Positions 1-9,557 of a stretch of 64,000 bases of DNA are shown here, piece by piece. Location: contig DASXAG010000120.1 in NCBI GenBank assembly GCA_036406835.1, positions 13,520-77,519 on the forward strand. Reading direction: 5' to 3'. This DNA is from Thermoanaerobaculia bacterium. GTDB lineage: Bacteria > Acidobacteriota > Thermoanaerobaculia > UBA5066 > Gp7-AA6. Every line of letters begins with the position of its first letter. Positions within the stretch are counted from its first letter, which is position 1. A model generated the notes under the pieces. That model made no database searches. It was not told the origin of the DNA and saw nothing but the letters and a program-made list of their open reading frames with translations. The position numbers and the translations under genes are program-made.

Positions 1-573
1 GAACGTCCCGGGAGGGAATCCGGTCTGGTCGCAGTGCCCTCCCGTCGCGCCGAGCGCGTAGCGCGCCACGAGCATCCGCGGGCCGAGGGCCCATCCGTTG
101 CGGATCGCGTTGCGCAGGCCGACGTCGAGGTCCTTCTCGCTCCCGACGTCGCGGATCGTCGTGAACCCGGCGTCGAGCAGCCTGCGGGCGAAGGTCGTCG
201 AACGGAGCGCCTGCTCCGCGACCGGACGGCGCAGGCCCTCGAAGAAGTCGACGACGAAGCTGTCGCCGCCCTCGTCCGTGACGTGCGTGTGGGAGTCGAT
301 GAATCCCGGCAGGAGCGTCGCGTCGCCCAGGTCGATCACGGTCGCGCCCGCGGGGACCGCGAGATTCGCTCCCGCCGCCACGATCTTCGAGCCCTGCACG
401 ACGACCACTCCGTTCGGGAGCGCGGCGTCCGAGCGTCCGTCGAAGATCCGCGCGGCCCGGAGCACGGTGATCGGAGGCGGCGCGGGCGAGGGTGTCGGCG
501 TCTGGGCGCTCACGGGAAACGCCGACGCCATCAGGCCGAGCAGCGAAACGACGAGCGCCAGTCGGACTCTCAC
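1..573 (-). CDS. amidohydrolase-family metallohydrolase (Xaa-Pro dipeptidase/imidazolonepropionase-like), N-terminal part; gene runs off the left edge
   Basis: Own reverse translation from GTG at 573 gives signal peptide MRVRLALVVSLLGLMASAFPVSAQ, then ...LLPGFIDSHTHV...DAGFTTIRDVGS.... The HxH metal motif is present. The start overlaps the stop of the upstream permease gene (GTGA). Absent from the ORF track because it is truncated. Confidence 0.8.
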   Translation of the reverse strand, partial: MRVRLALVVSLLGLMASAFPVSAQTPTPSPAPPPITVLRAARIFDGRSDAALPNGVVVVQGSKIVAAGANLAVPAGATVIDLGDATLLPGFIDSHTHVTDEGGDSFVVDFFEGLRRPVAEQALRSTTFARRLLDAGFTTIRDVGSEKDLDVGLRNAIRNGWALGPRMLVARYALGATGGHCDQTGFPPGTF

Positions 574-1925
574 GACGACTCCTTCTTCGCGGCCTCCCGG
601 ACGGCGCCGCCGCGCGACGCGTAGATGATCGCGCCCACGATCAGCGCGACGGCTCCCGCGACGAAATTCTTCGTCTCCGCCGACGAGAGAAACAACAGGC
701 AGATGACGAGAGCCGCGATCGGAATGACGGGTCCGCCCGGCAACCGGATCGTCCTCGGCGACGCCGGCAGCTTGCGCCGCAGGACGGGCACGGCGACGCA
801 GGTTCCGATGTAGGTCGCGAGCCGCGCGATCGTGGACAGGACGGCGAGCTCCTCCGCGACGCCGAACGCACCCGGCCGCACGCTGTGCCACACCGCGTCG
901 ATCGCGATCAGGGCGAGCGCGATCCCGCTCTGCGTCAGGATCGCGACGTAGGGCGTGTGGTAGCGCGGGTGGATCCGGGCGAGCGCCCGGGGCAGCCGGC
1001 CGTTCTCCGCGAGGGCGTAGAGGTACCGCGGACCGGCCAGCACGGTGTTGTTGTTGGTGCCGATGACGGACAGCACGGCGCCGATCGTCAGGAGGAACCC
1101 CCCGAACGGCCCCATCAGGAGACGGCCCGCGTCCGCGAGCGGCGTCTTCGATTCGCCGAGGTTCGGCACGGTGCCGATCGCCACGAGCTGCACGAGCATG
1201 TAGATCGCCGTCACGATGACGATCTGCACGATCAGCCCGAAGGGCACGTCGCGTCTGGGATTCTTGAACTCCCCCGCGGGCGCCGGCGTGTTCTCGAAGC
1301 CCGCGTAGGCGTAGAGGACCAGCAGCGCCGCCGGAGGGAGGTTGTTCGGGTCCGGCGCGGGCACGGGGAAGATCCGGCTCCACGACACCGCGAAGACCCC
1401 GACGACGACCAGCAACGCGAGCGGCAGCGTCTTCCCGATCGAGAGAAACACCGCCGTTCGCGCGCCCGACTTCACGCCGACGACGTTGATCCAGGTGAGG
1501 GCCGCGAGCGGCAGCACGATCGTCAGGGCCTGGCCGAGGCCGTGGTTCGCGCCGTCCCAGAGGTAGCCGACGGCCCGGGCGACGAAGACCGAGAGGCTCG
1601 CCACGGACGCGATGCGCGCGATCCACGTCATCCAGCCGACCTCGAAGCCGACGAAGTCGCCGAACGCCGCGCGCGTATACACGATCGCGCCGCCCGGCCC
1701 GTCGAAGAGGCTCGACGCCTCCGCGAAGCAGAGCACGATCAAGAGGACCGCCACTCCGGCCGCGAGGATCGCCCAGATGCTCGCGGGGCCGAGGAGCGCG
1801 GCCGCGGCGACGGGCAGGATGAGGTACACGCCGCTGCCGATCACGTCGTTGACCGCGAGGGCGACGATCTCCCAGCGGGAGACCACGCGCAGGAACCCCG
1901 GGGATGGCTCTCTGTCCACGGTCAA
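570..1925 (-). CDS. APC-family amino acid permease
   Basis: 451-aa ORF with about 12 hydrophobic segments and APC-like motifs (VIGSGVYLILP, AGFENTPAPAGEFKNP). TTG start at 1925. Confidence 0.9.
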   Translation of the reverse strand: MTVDREPSPGFLRVVSRWEIVALAVNDVIGSGVYLILPVAAAALLGPASIWAILAAGVAVLLIVLCFAEASSLFDGPGGAIVYTRAAFGDFVGFEVGWMTWIARIASVASLSVFVARAVGYLWDGANHGLGQALTIVLPLAALTWINVVGVKSGARTAVFLSIGKTLPLALLVVVGVFAVSWSRIFPVPAPDPNNLPPAALLVLYAYAGFENTPAPAGEFKNPRRDVPFGLIVQIVIVTAIYMLVQLVAIGTVPNLGESKTPLADAGRLLMGPFGGFLLTIGAVLSVIGTNNNTVLAGPRYLYALAENGRLPRALARIHPRYHTPYVAILTQSGIALALIAIDAVWHSVRPGAFGVAEELAVLSTIARLATYIGTCVAVPVLRRKLPASPRTIRLPGGPVIPIAALVICLLFLSSAETKNFVAGAVALIVGAIIYASRGGAVREAAKKESS

Positions 1926-1934
1926 GGTGCGCGC

Positions 1935-1940
1935 ATTCTA
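1935..1940 (-). promoter_or_regulatory. candidate -10 box TAGAAT, 9 nt upstream of the permease TTG start (leaderless-type)
   Basis: Plus strand attcta at 1935-1940. No SD between it and the start at 1925. Confidence 0.35.
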
Positions 1941-1955
1941 GTGCAGCTATCCGTC

Positions 1956-1961
1956 TATACT
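1956..1961 (+). promoter_or_regulatory. candidate -10 box TATACT, 9 nt upstream of the ychF ATG (leaderless-type)
   Basis: tatact at 1956-1961, ATG at 1971, no SD in between. Confidence 0.35.
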
Positions 1962-1970
1962 GCGCGCCTC

Positions 1971-3092
1971 ATGCTCCGCGCCGGAATCGTCGGTCTGCCC
2001 AACGTCGGGAAATCCACGCTCTTCAACGCGCTCACGCGCACGCGGAAGGCGGAGGCGGCCAACTATCCCTTCTGCACGATCGAACCCAACGTCGGCGTCG
2101 TGACCGTCCCCGATTCCCGGCTCGAGCCGCTCGCGAAGATCTTCTCCTCCGAGAAGATCGTCCCGGCCACGATCGAGTTCGTGGACATCGCCGGGCTCGT
2201 GAAGGGCGCGTCGAAGGGCGAGGGGCTCGGGAACAAGTTCCTCCAGCACATTCGCGAGGTCGACGCGATCGTCGAGGTCGTCCGCTGCTTCGAGAGCAAG
2301 GACATCGTCCACGTCTCCGGACACCTGGACCCCGTCGCCGACATCGAGACGATCCAGACCGAGCTCGTCCTCGCCGACATCGAGACGGCGACGCGCGCGC
2401 GCGACAAGCTCGAGAAGACCGCACGCGGAACCGACAGGGAGGCCAAGGACGCGAAGGCGGGGCTCGAGGCGGTCGACAAGCTCCTGAAGCATTTCGACAC
2501 CGGCAAGCGCGCCCTCTCCGCTCCCCTCTCCGAGGACGAGAGGGCCGCCGCGGCGCGGCTCTTCCTGTTGACCTCGAAGCCGATCCTCTTCGCCTGCAAC
2601 GTGGCGGAAGAGGAGCTGGCGCTTCAGGGCGCCGAGACGTCGTCGCCGCACGTCGCCGCCGTCCGGAAGTTCGCGGAGACCCATCTCGGCACCGAGGCCG
2701 TGGTCGTTTCCGCCGCGATCGAGGCGGAGCTCGCCGAGCTGCCGGACGCGGAGGCCCGGGAATACCTCGCGCACCTGGGCGTCTCCGACTCCGGGGTCTC
2801 GAACCTCATCCGGTCGGCGTACCACCTCCTGGGCCTCCGCACCTACCTGACGGGCGGGGAGAAGGAGGCGCGCGCCTGGACGATCCACGCGGGCGACAAG
2901 GCGCCCGCGGCCGCCGGCGTCATTCACTCCGACTTCGAAAAGGGGTTCATCAAGGCCGAGACGGTTGCCTACGGAGACCTCGTGGCCTCGGGGTCCATGG
3001 CCGCGGCGCGCGAGAAAGGCCTCGTGCGCCAGGAGGGCAGGGACTACGTGGTCCAGGACGGCGACGTCATGCTCTTCAAGTTCAACGTCTGA
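1971..3092 (+). CDS. ychF: redox-regulated ATPase YchF (Obg-like GTPase family)
   Basis: MLRAGIVGLPNVGKSTLFNALT... P-loop and C-terminal ...VVQDGDVMLFKFNV typical of YchF. The 866-aa track ORF is an Arg-rich upstream extension of this frame. Confidence 0.95.
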   Translation: MLRAGIVGLPNVGKSTLFNALTRTRKAEAANYPFCTIEPNVGVVTVPDSRLEPLAKIFSSEKIVPATIEFVDIAGLVKGASKGEGLGNKFLQHIREVDAIVEVVRCFESKDIVHVSGHLDPVADIETIQTELVLADIETATRARDKLEKTARGTDREAKDAKAGLEAVDKLLKHFDTGKRALSAPLSEDERAAAARLFLLTSKPILFACNVAEEELALQGAETSSPHVAAVRKFAETHLGTEAVVVSAAIEAELAELPDAEAREYLAHLGVSDSGVSNLIRSAYHLLGLRTYLTGGEKEARAWTIHAGDKAPAAAGVIHSDFEKGFIKAETVAYGDLVASGSMAAAREKGLVRQEGRDYVVQDGDVMLFKFNV

Positions 3093-3099
3093 TCGGTCG

Positions 3100-3873
3100 A
3101 TGCCCTTCACGCGCGCGATCGTCCGCCCGCCCGCCGCCAACTTCGCCGACGGGCTGACCACGGTCGACCTGGGAGTCCCCGACGCCGCGCTCGCGCTCGC
3201 GCAGCACGAGACCTACTGCCGGGCGCTCGAGCGGCTGGGGCTCGCGCTGACGCGGCTGCCCGCCGACCCGCGCTTTCCCGACTCGACGTTCGTCGAGGAC
3301 ACCGCGGTGATCACGGCGCGCGGCGCGGTCCTGACGCGTCCCGGCGCGCCAAGCCGCGAGGGCGAGGCCGCGGCGATCGAACCGGAGCTCCGGAAGACTT
3401 ATCCCGCCCTGCGACGCATCCCGCCTCCGGGCACGGTCGACGGCGGCGACGTCTGCGAGGCCGGCGACCACTTCTTCATCGGGGTCTCGCGGCGGACCAA
3501 CGAGGAGGGCGCGGGCCGGCTCGCGCGCTTCCTCGAGGCCGACGGCTACACGGCGAGCCTCGTCGACATCCGCGGCAACGACGAGATCCTGCACCTCAAG
3601 AGCGGGATCGCCTGGCTGGGAAAGAAGACTCTCGTGGTGATCGATTCGCTCGCGTCGGACCCGTCCTTCCGGGACTGGGACCCGATCCACGTCCCGAAGC
3701 GCGAGGAGTACGCGGCGAACTGCGTCCTCGTCAACGACGCCGTCCTGGTCGCCGAGGGCTTCCCCGGGTTCGAGAACGAGCTCCGGACGCGCGGCTACCG
3801 CCTCGTCGTTCTCCCGCAGTCCGAGTTCCAGAAGATGGACGGCGGGCTCTCCTGCCTTTCTCTGCGCTTCTAA
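3100..3873 (+). CDS. dimethylarginine dimethylaminohydrolase-like amidinotransferase-superfamily enzyme
   Basis: MPFTRAIVRPP..., DSTFVEDTAVI, HLKSGIAWL, and C-terminal catalytic-Cys context MDGGLSCLSLRF. Confidence 0.8.
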   Translation: MPFTRAIVRPPAANFADGLTTVDLGVPDAALALAQHETYCRALERLGLALTRLPADPRFPDSTFVEDTAVITARGAVLTRPGAPSREGEAAAIEPELRKTYPALRRIPPPGTVDGGDVCEAGDHFFIGVSRRTNEEGAGRLARFLEADGYTASLVDIRGNDEILHLKSGIAWLGKKTLVVIDSLASDPSFRDWDPIHVPKREEYAANCVLVNDAVLVAEGFPGFENELRTRGYRLVVLPQSEFQKMDGGLSCLSLRF

Positions 3874-3875
3874 AA

Positions 3876-3910
3876 GGAAGAGGCCAGGCGGCGAAGCCTG
3901 GCCTCTCTTC
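3876..3910. terminator. hairpin between convergent gene ends
   Basis: agaggccaggc / gcctggcctct forms an 11-bp stem. A T-rich tract follows on the minus strand (ttcctttt) and an A-run on the plus side. Confidence 0.5.
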
Positions 3911-3927
3911 CGCAAAAAACGAATTCG

Positions 3928-5493
3928 TCAGGCCTGGCGTCTCAGCACCAGGAAGGCGACCGCGGCCAGCGCGACCGCGAGCAGAGCCAGCACCTCGTTC
4001 GAGAGCGTCGGTATCGGCGCGGTCGGCCCCGCCCCGGGTGTGGGGGTCGCGACGATCACCGTGGGCGTCGGCGTCGCTCCGCCGGTTCCGATCTGCGTGA
4101 ACACGGGAGGGCCCGGAATGGGCGGGATTCCCGTTCCCTCGATCGTGTAGTTCACGTTGGAAACCGTTCCATTGGCGACGTTCACGGTGACCGTGAACTG
4201 AACCGTCTGCCCGGTCGTCCCGGCGGGAACGGTGCCGATGTTCCACGTGACGACGCCGCCCGCCATGGTGCCGCCGCCGGTCGCCGAGACGAACGTCGTC
4301 CCGGCGGGGACGGGGTCGTGGATCACGACGGCATTCGCGGCGGCTCCCCCCGTGTTGCCGTAGGTGATCGTGTAGGTGATGTTGGAGCCGGTCGTGCCCG
4401 TCGGCGGTCCGCTCTTGCTGATCGTGAGACCCGGCGCGAGACCCGGGGGCAGGAAACGCACGGCGCCGGCGCCGCGGCCGCCGGTCACGTTCACCTGGCT
4501 GACGGTCGCGCCGACGGTCGTGTAGGGCGCCTGGATGAACGGCACGATGGTGCTCGAGCCGAGGTCGTTTCCGGCCATGATCGCGAGCTGGCCGTCCGCG
4601 CTGATCCCGATGTCCTCGAAGGTTCCGGCGGCGATCGGAACGGGGATGCCCTGAGTCGTGGAAGAGGCGTTGAAGGGGGCCGAGATCGCCCACAGGTTGC
4701 CTCCCACCCCGGCATCGACGGCGAGGGCCGTCGAGCCGTCGGGCGTGATGGCGATTCCGTCGAGCTGCGAGGCCCCCGTGACGGCGACGGGAACGGGCAC
4801 CGAGCTCGCCGTGAACGGGGCCGAGAAGACCTCGGCGCTCGCCGTGAAATCCGTCACGATGAGGGTGTTGCCGTCGGGCGAGATGGCGATCGAGCCGCTC
4901 GCGCCGTTGCCGAGCGGAATCGTGAAGGCCACGCTCGAGTAGGGCGGATCCAGGACCGAGATGCCGGCGGTGTTCCAGACGAACGCGCGCCCGGCGGCGT
5001 TGAAGACGATCGCCTCCGTCTGGTAGCCCGCGATCGTCCCGGGCAGGGAAACCGTCGTGATGCCCGAGCTCGCGGTGAAGGGTGCGGCGATGACGGCGAG
5101 CGAAGCGCTGTTTCCGCACGCGAGCGCGGCGTTCAGCCCCGGCGCCACGGCGATGGACCCCGTCCCGTTGTAGCCGGGAGAGGTCGGGATCGTGTCGACC
5201 AGCGTCGCCGTCGAGATCTGGACGACGAAGACGCGGCTGTTGCCGAAGTCCGAGACGAGGGCGTTGTCGCTTCCGTAGTAGGCGACGCCATGGGCCGCGG
5301 CTCCGGCGGGGAGCCCGGGCACGATGTTCTGAGTCGGGTTCGGCAGGCCGACGCCCGGACTCGGAAAGACGACGGCGTTGTTGCTGGCCCCGGCCGCCCC
5401 CAGGATCGCCTGGGCGAGAACGGGACTGGCGAGGACGAGGCAGCCGAGCACAGCGATACCGACGGAAAGAACCAGGGCGGAATTCTTCCGCAT
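3928..5493 (-). CDS. secreted repeat protein with a DUF11 (conserved repeat) domain and an IPTL-CTERM sorting signal
   Basis: Signal peptide MRKNSALVLSVGIAVLGCLVLASPVLA. Repeated ...SAPFTASS... units. DUF11-like LTISKSGPPTG..ITYTITYGNTGGAAANAVVIHDPVPAGTTFVS. The C-terminus IPTLSNEVLALLAVALAAVAFLVLRRQA combines the motif, a TM helix and a basic tail. Confidence 0.8.
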   Translation of the reverse strand: MRKNSALVLSVGIAVLGCLVLASPVLAQAILGAAGASNNAVVFPSPGVGLPNPTQNIVPGLPAGAAAHGVAYYGSDNALVSDFGNSRVFVVQISTATLVDTIPTSPGYNGTGSIAVAPGLNAALACGNSASLAVIAAPFTASSGITTVSLPGTIAGYQTEAIVFNAAGRAFVWNTAGISVLDPPYSSVAFTIPLGNGASGSIAISPDGNTLIVTDFTASAEVFSAPFTASSVPVPVAVTGASQLDGIAITPDGSTALAVDAGVGGNLWAISAPFNASSTTQGIPVPIAAGTFEDIGISADGQLAIMAGNDLGSSTIVPFIQAPYTTVGATVSQVNVTGGRGAGAVRFLPPGLAPGLTISKSGPPTGTTGSNITYTITYGNTGGAAANAVVIHDPVPAGTTFVSATGGGTMAGGVVTWNIGTVPAGTTGQTVQFTVTVNVANGTVSNVNYTIEGTGIPPIPGPPVFTQIGTGGATPTPTVIVATPTPGAGPTAPIPTLSNEVLALLAVALAAVAFLVLRRQA

Positions 5494-5592
5494 GGAAAGC
5501 TCCTTCTCCAGGCCCCACAGCCGGGAAGAAAAAAATGCGTGCCCAGAAAAGCGGCGCGCCGAAACAGCAACGGGAAAAGAAAACTGGAGCGG

Positions 5593-5622
5593 ACTCTATC
5601 GGCGGACCCGAAGACCTGTCAA
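5593..5622 (-). promoter_or_regulatory. candidate sigma70-type promoter for the IPTL-CTERM gene
   Basis: Minus strand TTGACA (5617-5622), 18-nt spacer, TAGAGT (5593-5598). An SD ggagaaggag precedes the ATG at 5493. Confidence 0.35.
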
Positions 5623-5653
5623 TTGGTACAGGTGTGCCTGAGGATCCGGGGCG

Positions 5654-7996
5654 TCAGAAGCCGTACGTCAGCCCCAGACGAACCGAACGGGGCTGGACCG
5701 GGTGGAAGTGGACGTCATCGACGCCGCCGGCGGGCTCGCCCGGCAGGCGCGAGGCGTAGAAGTAGTCGACGTCAGAGACCTTTGCGTCGAAGAGGTTCAG
5801 GACCTCGACCCGGGCGCGAAGGCCCTTGGCGAGCTCGTAGCCCAGCATCGCGTTGACGGTCGTCGACGCTTTCGAGCGCACGCTGTCGTCCTCGATCAGC
5901 GGCCGGGGCCCGAAGTACCGCAGGCGCACGCTCCCGAAGACGTCCCCGAGCCCGTCGACCGCGGCGCCCGCCGCGACGACGTTCTGCACGGCGCCCGGAA
6001 TGAAGGGGCCCGCGGGGTCGGCGTCGCGGAAGCGCGCCTTCGAGAGCGACAGATCGGCGTCGAGGGTGAGCCACGGAAAAAGGCGGTAGTAGTTGGACCA
6101 TTCGACGCCATACCGGCGGCTCGGCCGCGAGGGCTCCGTCGTCCCCGCGTCGCCCACGAAGACGAGCTCGGAGTCGATGTCCAGGCCCCAGAACGCGACG
6201 GTCGTCTGCCAGCGCGGCAGCGGCAGGCTGCGGACGCCGACCTCCGCCGCCTTCGCCCGGGCCAGCGGGGTGACGCGCTGCGCCGGCCCGCCGGTCGAAG
6301 GGTCGACGGTGATCGTCGCGCCGCGCGCGTCGTTGCTGTGGAAGCCCCAACCCGCGTTGGCGTAGATCTCGGTCTGGTTGAACGGTCCGAAAATCATCGA
6401 GAGCTTTGGCGAGACGATGCCGCGCGTCAGCGTGCCGCCGTTCTCGGGATCCGAGATCCCGGTCACGTCGAAGTGGTAGAGGTCGCCGCGGACGCCGAGA
6501 ATCGTCCGGAACTTGCTCGTCCAGGGAACGTCGGTCTGGGCGAAGACCGCCCCGCTCGCCTGCTGCACCCTGTCCAGCCGGGTGGTGGAGAGACGGACCC
6601 GGTCCTCCGTGTGAAACAGGCCGATGGAATGGATGTCGTCGAAGCGGCCCTGGAAGCCGACTTCGTTCTCGACGTCCACGCCGAACCACCGCGCGAACCA
6701 GCGGTGCGTGATCTTCGCGCCGTAGACGTTGCGGTCGTCGGCCTGCTCGAACTGATCTCCGGTATCGGGATGGTCCAGGAAGTAGGTGAAGTCCGAGAAC
6801 AGGTTCAGCGTGTAGTCGATCCCGTAGACCGCCGCGCGCGTGACGGAGGTCGCGTCCGAGCGCTGCCACTCCGCGGAGAGGCTGTAGCGGTGCGACTCGC
6901 CGCCGTCGGTGGGGTTCAGCGTCCCGAATCGGCCGATGACTCCCTCGTCCAGCGCGCGCTCGGCGATCTGATCGGTGGAGTCCCACTTGCCGTAGTAGCC
7001 CATCCCCGTGATCGCGAATCCGTTGCGCGCGTCGCCCACGCTGTAGCGCAGAACGCCGTTGTACTTGCGGTAGTTGTCCCCGTGGGTCCAGGGACCGTCG
7101 TCGTAGGTGCCCTCGAGCGCGTAGAGGAGGTTTCCCTCGCCGACTCTCGGGGACCCCGCGAGGAGGCCGCGCGCGTAGTCGAAGGAGCCGCCGTCCACAC
7201 GCGCGATCGTGCCGTCGAGCACGTTGACGTAGTTGACGTTGGCGGAGCCCGCCGTCGTGAAGTCGCCGTCCTCCACGAAGTAGGGACCCTTCTTGTACTG
7301 AATGCCGCTGACGAGCTCCGGGATGACGAAATTCAGATCCGTGTAGCCGTGTCCGTGCGCGTGCGTGGGCATGTTGACGGGCATCCCGGCGAGGGTCGTC
7401 GAGAAGTCCGTGCCGTGATCGAGGTTGAAGCCGCGGAGGTAGTACTGGTTGGCCTTGCCCTCGCCCGAATGCTGGCTGACCACGACTCCGGGGATCGTCT
7501 CCAGGACGTCGCCGGCCCTCGCGATCGGCCGATTCGCGATCTGCTCCGCCACGACCGCACCCTGGCTGGAGGAGTTCGCGATGCCGACCAGACTCTCGCC
7601 CGGCTCGGTCACGTCGGCGAGGTTGCGGAACGTGTTCCTGCCGGTGACGAGCACGTCGGCCGAGACCGACAGGCGCAGCGTGGCGTTCGCCGGCGCGGCC
7701 GCTCCGGGGCCGACCGCGACGTCGCTGCGCACGACGCCGACGAAGCCGATCAGGCGGAAGGTGACCTGGTACGTCCCGGCCGGGAGTCCCTCGAAGCGGT
7801 ATCCGCCGTCCGCCCCCGTTGCCGCGACGCGGGCCGAGGCGAGGGGCGGCCCGGAGAGCTCGACGGTCACACCGGGCAGGGCGCCTCCGGAGCCGTCCAC
7901 GACCGTGCCCGTGAGAACGCCGGTGGGCGCGTCCTGCGCGGCCGCGGTCCCCGCGAGGAGTCCGAAAAGACAGACGAGGCTCAGAAGCGGACGCAT
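5654..7996 (-). CDS. TonB-dependent receptor with an N-terminal carboxypeptidase-regulatory-like domain
   Basis: Signal peptide, GTVVDGSGGALPGVTV...GGYRFEGLPAGTY, plug motifs (IPGVVVSQHSGEGKANQYYLRGF), long beta-barrel, terminal ...LGLTYGF. Confidence 0.9.
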   Translation of the reverse strand: MRPLLSLVCLFGLLAGTAAAQDAPTGVLTGTVVDGSGGALPGVTVELSGPPLASARVAATGADGGYRFEGLPAGTYQVTFRLIGFVGVVRSDVAVGPGAAAPANATLRLSVSADVLVTGRNTFRNLADVTEPGESLVGIANSSSQGAVVAEQIANRPIARAGDVLETIPGVVVSQHSGEGKANQYYLRGFNLDHGTDFSTTLAGMPVNMPTHAHGHGYTDLNFVIPELVSGIQYKKGPYFVEDGDFTTAGSANVNYVNVLDGTIARVDGGSFDYARGLLAGSPRVGEGNLLYALEGTYDDGPWTHGDNYRKYNGVLRYSVGDARNGFAITGMGYYGKWDSTDQIAERALDEGVIGRFGTLNPTDGGESHRYSLSAEWQRSDATSVTRAAVYGIDYTLNLFSDFTYFLDHPDTGDQFEQADDRNVYGAKITHRWFARWFGVDVENEVGFQGRFDDIHSIGLFHTEDRVRLSTTRLDRVQQASGAVFAQTDVPWTSKFRTILGVRGDLYHFDVTGISDPENGGTLTRGIVSPKLSMIFGPFNQTEIYANAGWGFHSNDARGATITVDPSTGGPAQRVTPLARAKAAEVGVRSLPLPRWQTTVAFWGLDIDSELVFVGDAGTTEPSRPSRRYGVEWSNYYRLFPWLTLDADLSLSKARFRDADPAGPFIPGAVQNVVAAGAAVDGLGDVFGSVRLRYFGPRPLIEDDSVRSKASTTVNAMLGYELAKGLRARVEVLNLFDAKVSDVDYFYASRLPGEPAGGVDDVHFHPVQPRSVRLGLTYGF

Positions 7997-8045
7997 GACG
8001 GGCTCGCCGACAGTACGGCGGCCCCCCGCGCCCGGATCTAAGGGG

Positions 8046-9044
8046 TCAGGCCTGCCGGCCCGAGGCGAAGCGGTCGAAGAGGTCGACCTCGGTCCGGCTC
8101 CCGATCGCGAGCGGGATCCGGGCGTGCAGGCTCTCGGGCACGACGTCCAGCACGTCTCCCTCTCCGGTGGACGCGCGGCCGCCCGCCTGCTCCACGACGA
8201 ACGCCAGCGGGTGGCACTCGTACAGCACGCGCAGCTTGGGCTTGCTCTCTCCGCCCTGCACGTCCGCCGGGTACAGGTAGACCCCGCCCTCGAGCAGGAA
8301 GCGGTGGACGTCGCCGACGAGCGAGGCCGAGTAGCGGGTCGCGTACGGCCGCCCCGTCTTCTCGTCGGGCTGCTTCAAGTAGTCGACGAAGGCGCGCACG
8401 CCGGGCGCCCAGCCGGTGGCCCGCCCCTCGTTGACCGCGTACCCGCGTCCGCGCGCGGGCATGCGGACGTCCCGGCGCGTCAGCAGGAACTCGCCGATCT
8501 CCGGTTCCAGCGTGAAGAGGTGCGTCCCCTCCCCGGAGGTGTAGACGAGCAGGACCGCGGGTCCGAAGAGGACGTACCCCGCCGCCACCTGCTCGCGGCC
8601 CGAGCGCAGGAGGTCGCCGACGCCGCCGTCTTTGCGCGGGCGAACCGAGAAGATCACGCCGAGGGTGCCGTTGACGTCGATGTTGGAGGAGCCGTCCATC
8701 GGGTCGAAGAGCACCGCGTAGCGGCCGCCCGCGCCCGATCCGTAGAGGTGGGCCTCCTCCATCTCCTCCGACGCGGCCAGCGTGACGAGCCCGCCGTAGT
8801 CGAACGTGTCGACCAGGATCTCGTTGGCCACGACGTCCAGCTTCTTCTGCGCCTCGCCCTGCACGTTCTGGTGGCCGGCCGCTCCCCACTGTCCGGTCAG
8901 GCCGGCGCGCGCGAGGGCGCTCGCGATGCGCTTGCCGGCGACGCCGAAGCGCATCAGCAGGAGCGACAGCTCGCCGGTCGCGGCCGGAAAGCCCTTCTGT
9001 TCTTCCAGGATGAAGCGGTCGAGCGTGACCGGCGGCGCGCTCAC
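8046..9044 (-). CDS. fbp: class 1 fructose-1,6-bisphosphatase
   Basis: ...LFDPMDGSSNIDVNGTLGVIFS..., YECHPLAFVVEQAGGRAS. GTG start. Confidence 0.95.
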   Translation of the reverse strand: MSAPPVTLDRFILEEQKGFPAATGELSLLLMRFGVAGKRIASALARAGLTGQWGAAGHQNVQGEAQKKLDVVANEILVDTFDYGGLVTLAASEEMEEAHLYGSGAGGRYAVLFDPMDGSSNIDVNGTLGVIFSVRPRKDGGVGDLLRSGREQVAAGYVLFGPAVLLVYTSGEGTHLFTLEPEIGEFLLTRRDVRMPARGRGYAVNEGRATGWAPGVRAFVDYLKQPDEKTGRPYATRYSASLVGDVHRFLLEGGVYLYPADVQGGESKPKLRVLYECHPLAFVVEQAGGRASTGEGDVLDVVPESLHARIPLAIGSRTEVDLFDRFASGRQA

Positions 9045-9048
9045 GCGG

Positions 9049-9540
9049 TCATTTCGTCCGATGCATCGACCACTTGCCCGTCGTCACGTTCGCCGGACCC
9101 GTCGTCGTGAACGTGCCCTCCATCGAGTCGCCCTTGCGGAGGCCGACGAACGTCGTCTGGACCTCACAGTTGCACTGCGGGTCCATGTACGGGTCCATCG
9201 TGCCCTTCACGACGCCGCCCTCCGCGTTGACGAAGCTGATGCTCAAGACCTGCGGCATGGCCGACGACGTCGGCGCCGTCGCGCCCTTCGGCACCATCAG
9301 GACGTCGCCCTTCGCCACGTCCTTGCCCGACTTGACGTCGAACACGATCGATCCCGTGCGTCCGGTCGTGTCGCTGCTGTAGGTGCCCTCCCAGTGCCCG
9401 GCCATCGCCGAGATGTCCGACTTCGCGCCGCCCATCGGCACCTCGGGAGCCGGGTTCTTCGGCGTCGACGAGCAGGCCGGGATCGCCGCCGTCAGGGCCG
9501 CCGTCAGGAGAACCGCCGCGGTGTGTCTCGCGCCGAACAT
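9049..9540 (-). CDS. lipoprotein, function unknown
   Basis: MFGARHTAAVLLTAALTAAIPAC lipobox. SD GGAGG upstream. Stop lies 4 nt before the fbp start. It is the C-terminal part of a longer spurious track ORF (9049-10407). Confidence 0.7.
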   Translation of the reverse strand: MFGARHTAAVLLTAALTAAIPACSSTPKNPAPEVPMGGAKSDISAMAGHWEGTYSSDTTGRTGSIVFDVKSGKDVAKGDVLMVPKGATAPTSSAMPQVLSISFVNAEGGVVKGTMDPYMDPQCNCEVQTTFVGLRKGDSMEGTFTTTGPANVTTGKWSMHRTK

Positions 9541-9557
9541 AGGACCTCCGTTTTCCG

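Noticed and set aside
492-1970. N-terminal 493 codons of the 866-aa track ORF that ends as ychF.
   Set aside because: The upstream part is Arg/Asp/Glu/Gly-rich and overlaps the well-supported permease gene on the other strand. YchF begins at the conserved MLRAGIVGLPNVGKST at 1971.
5494-5653. 160-nt intergenic region as a possible small RNA or riboswitch.
   Set aside because: It contains a plausible TTGACA-N18-TAGAGT promoter and an SD for the downstream gene, and only a 6-bp hairpin. No conserved riboswitch-like structure was recognisable by eye.
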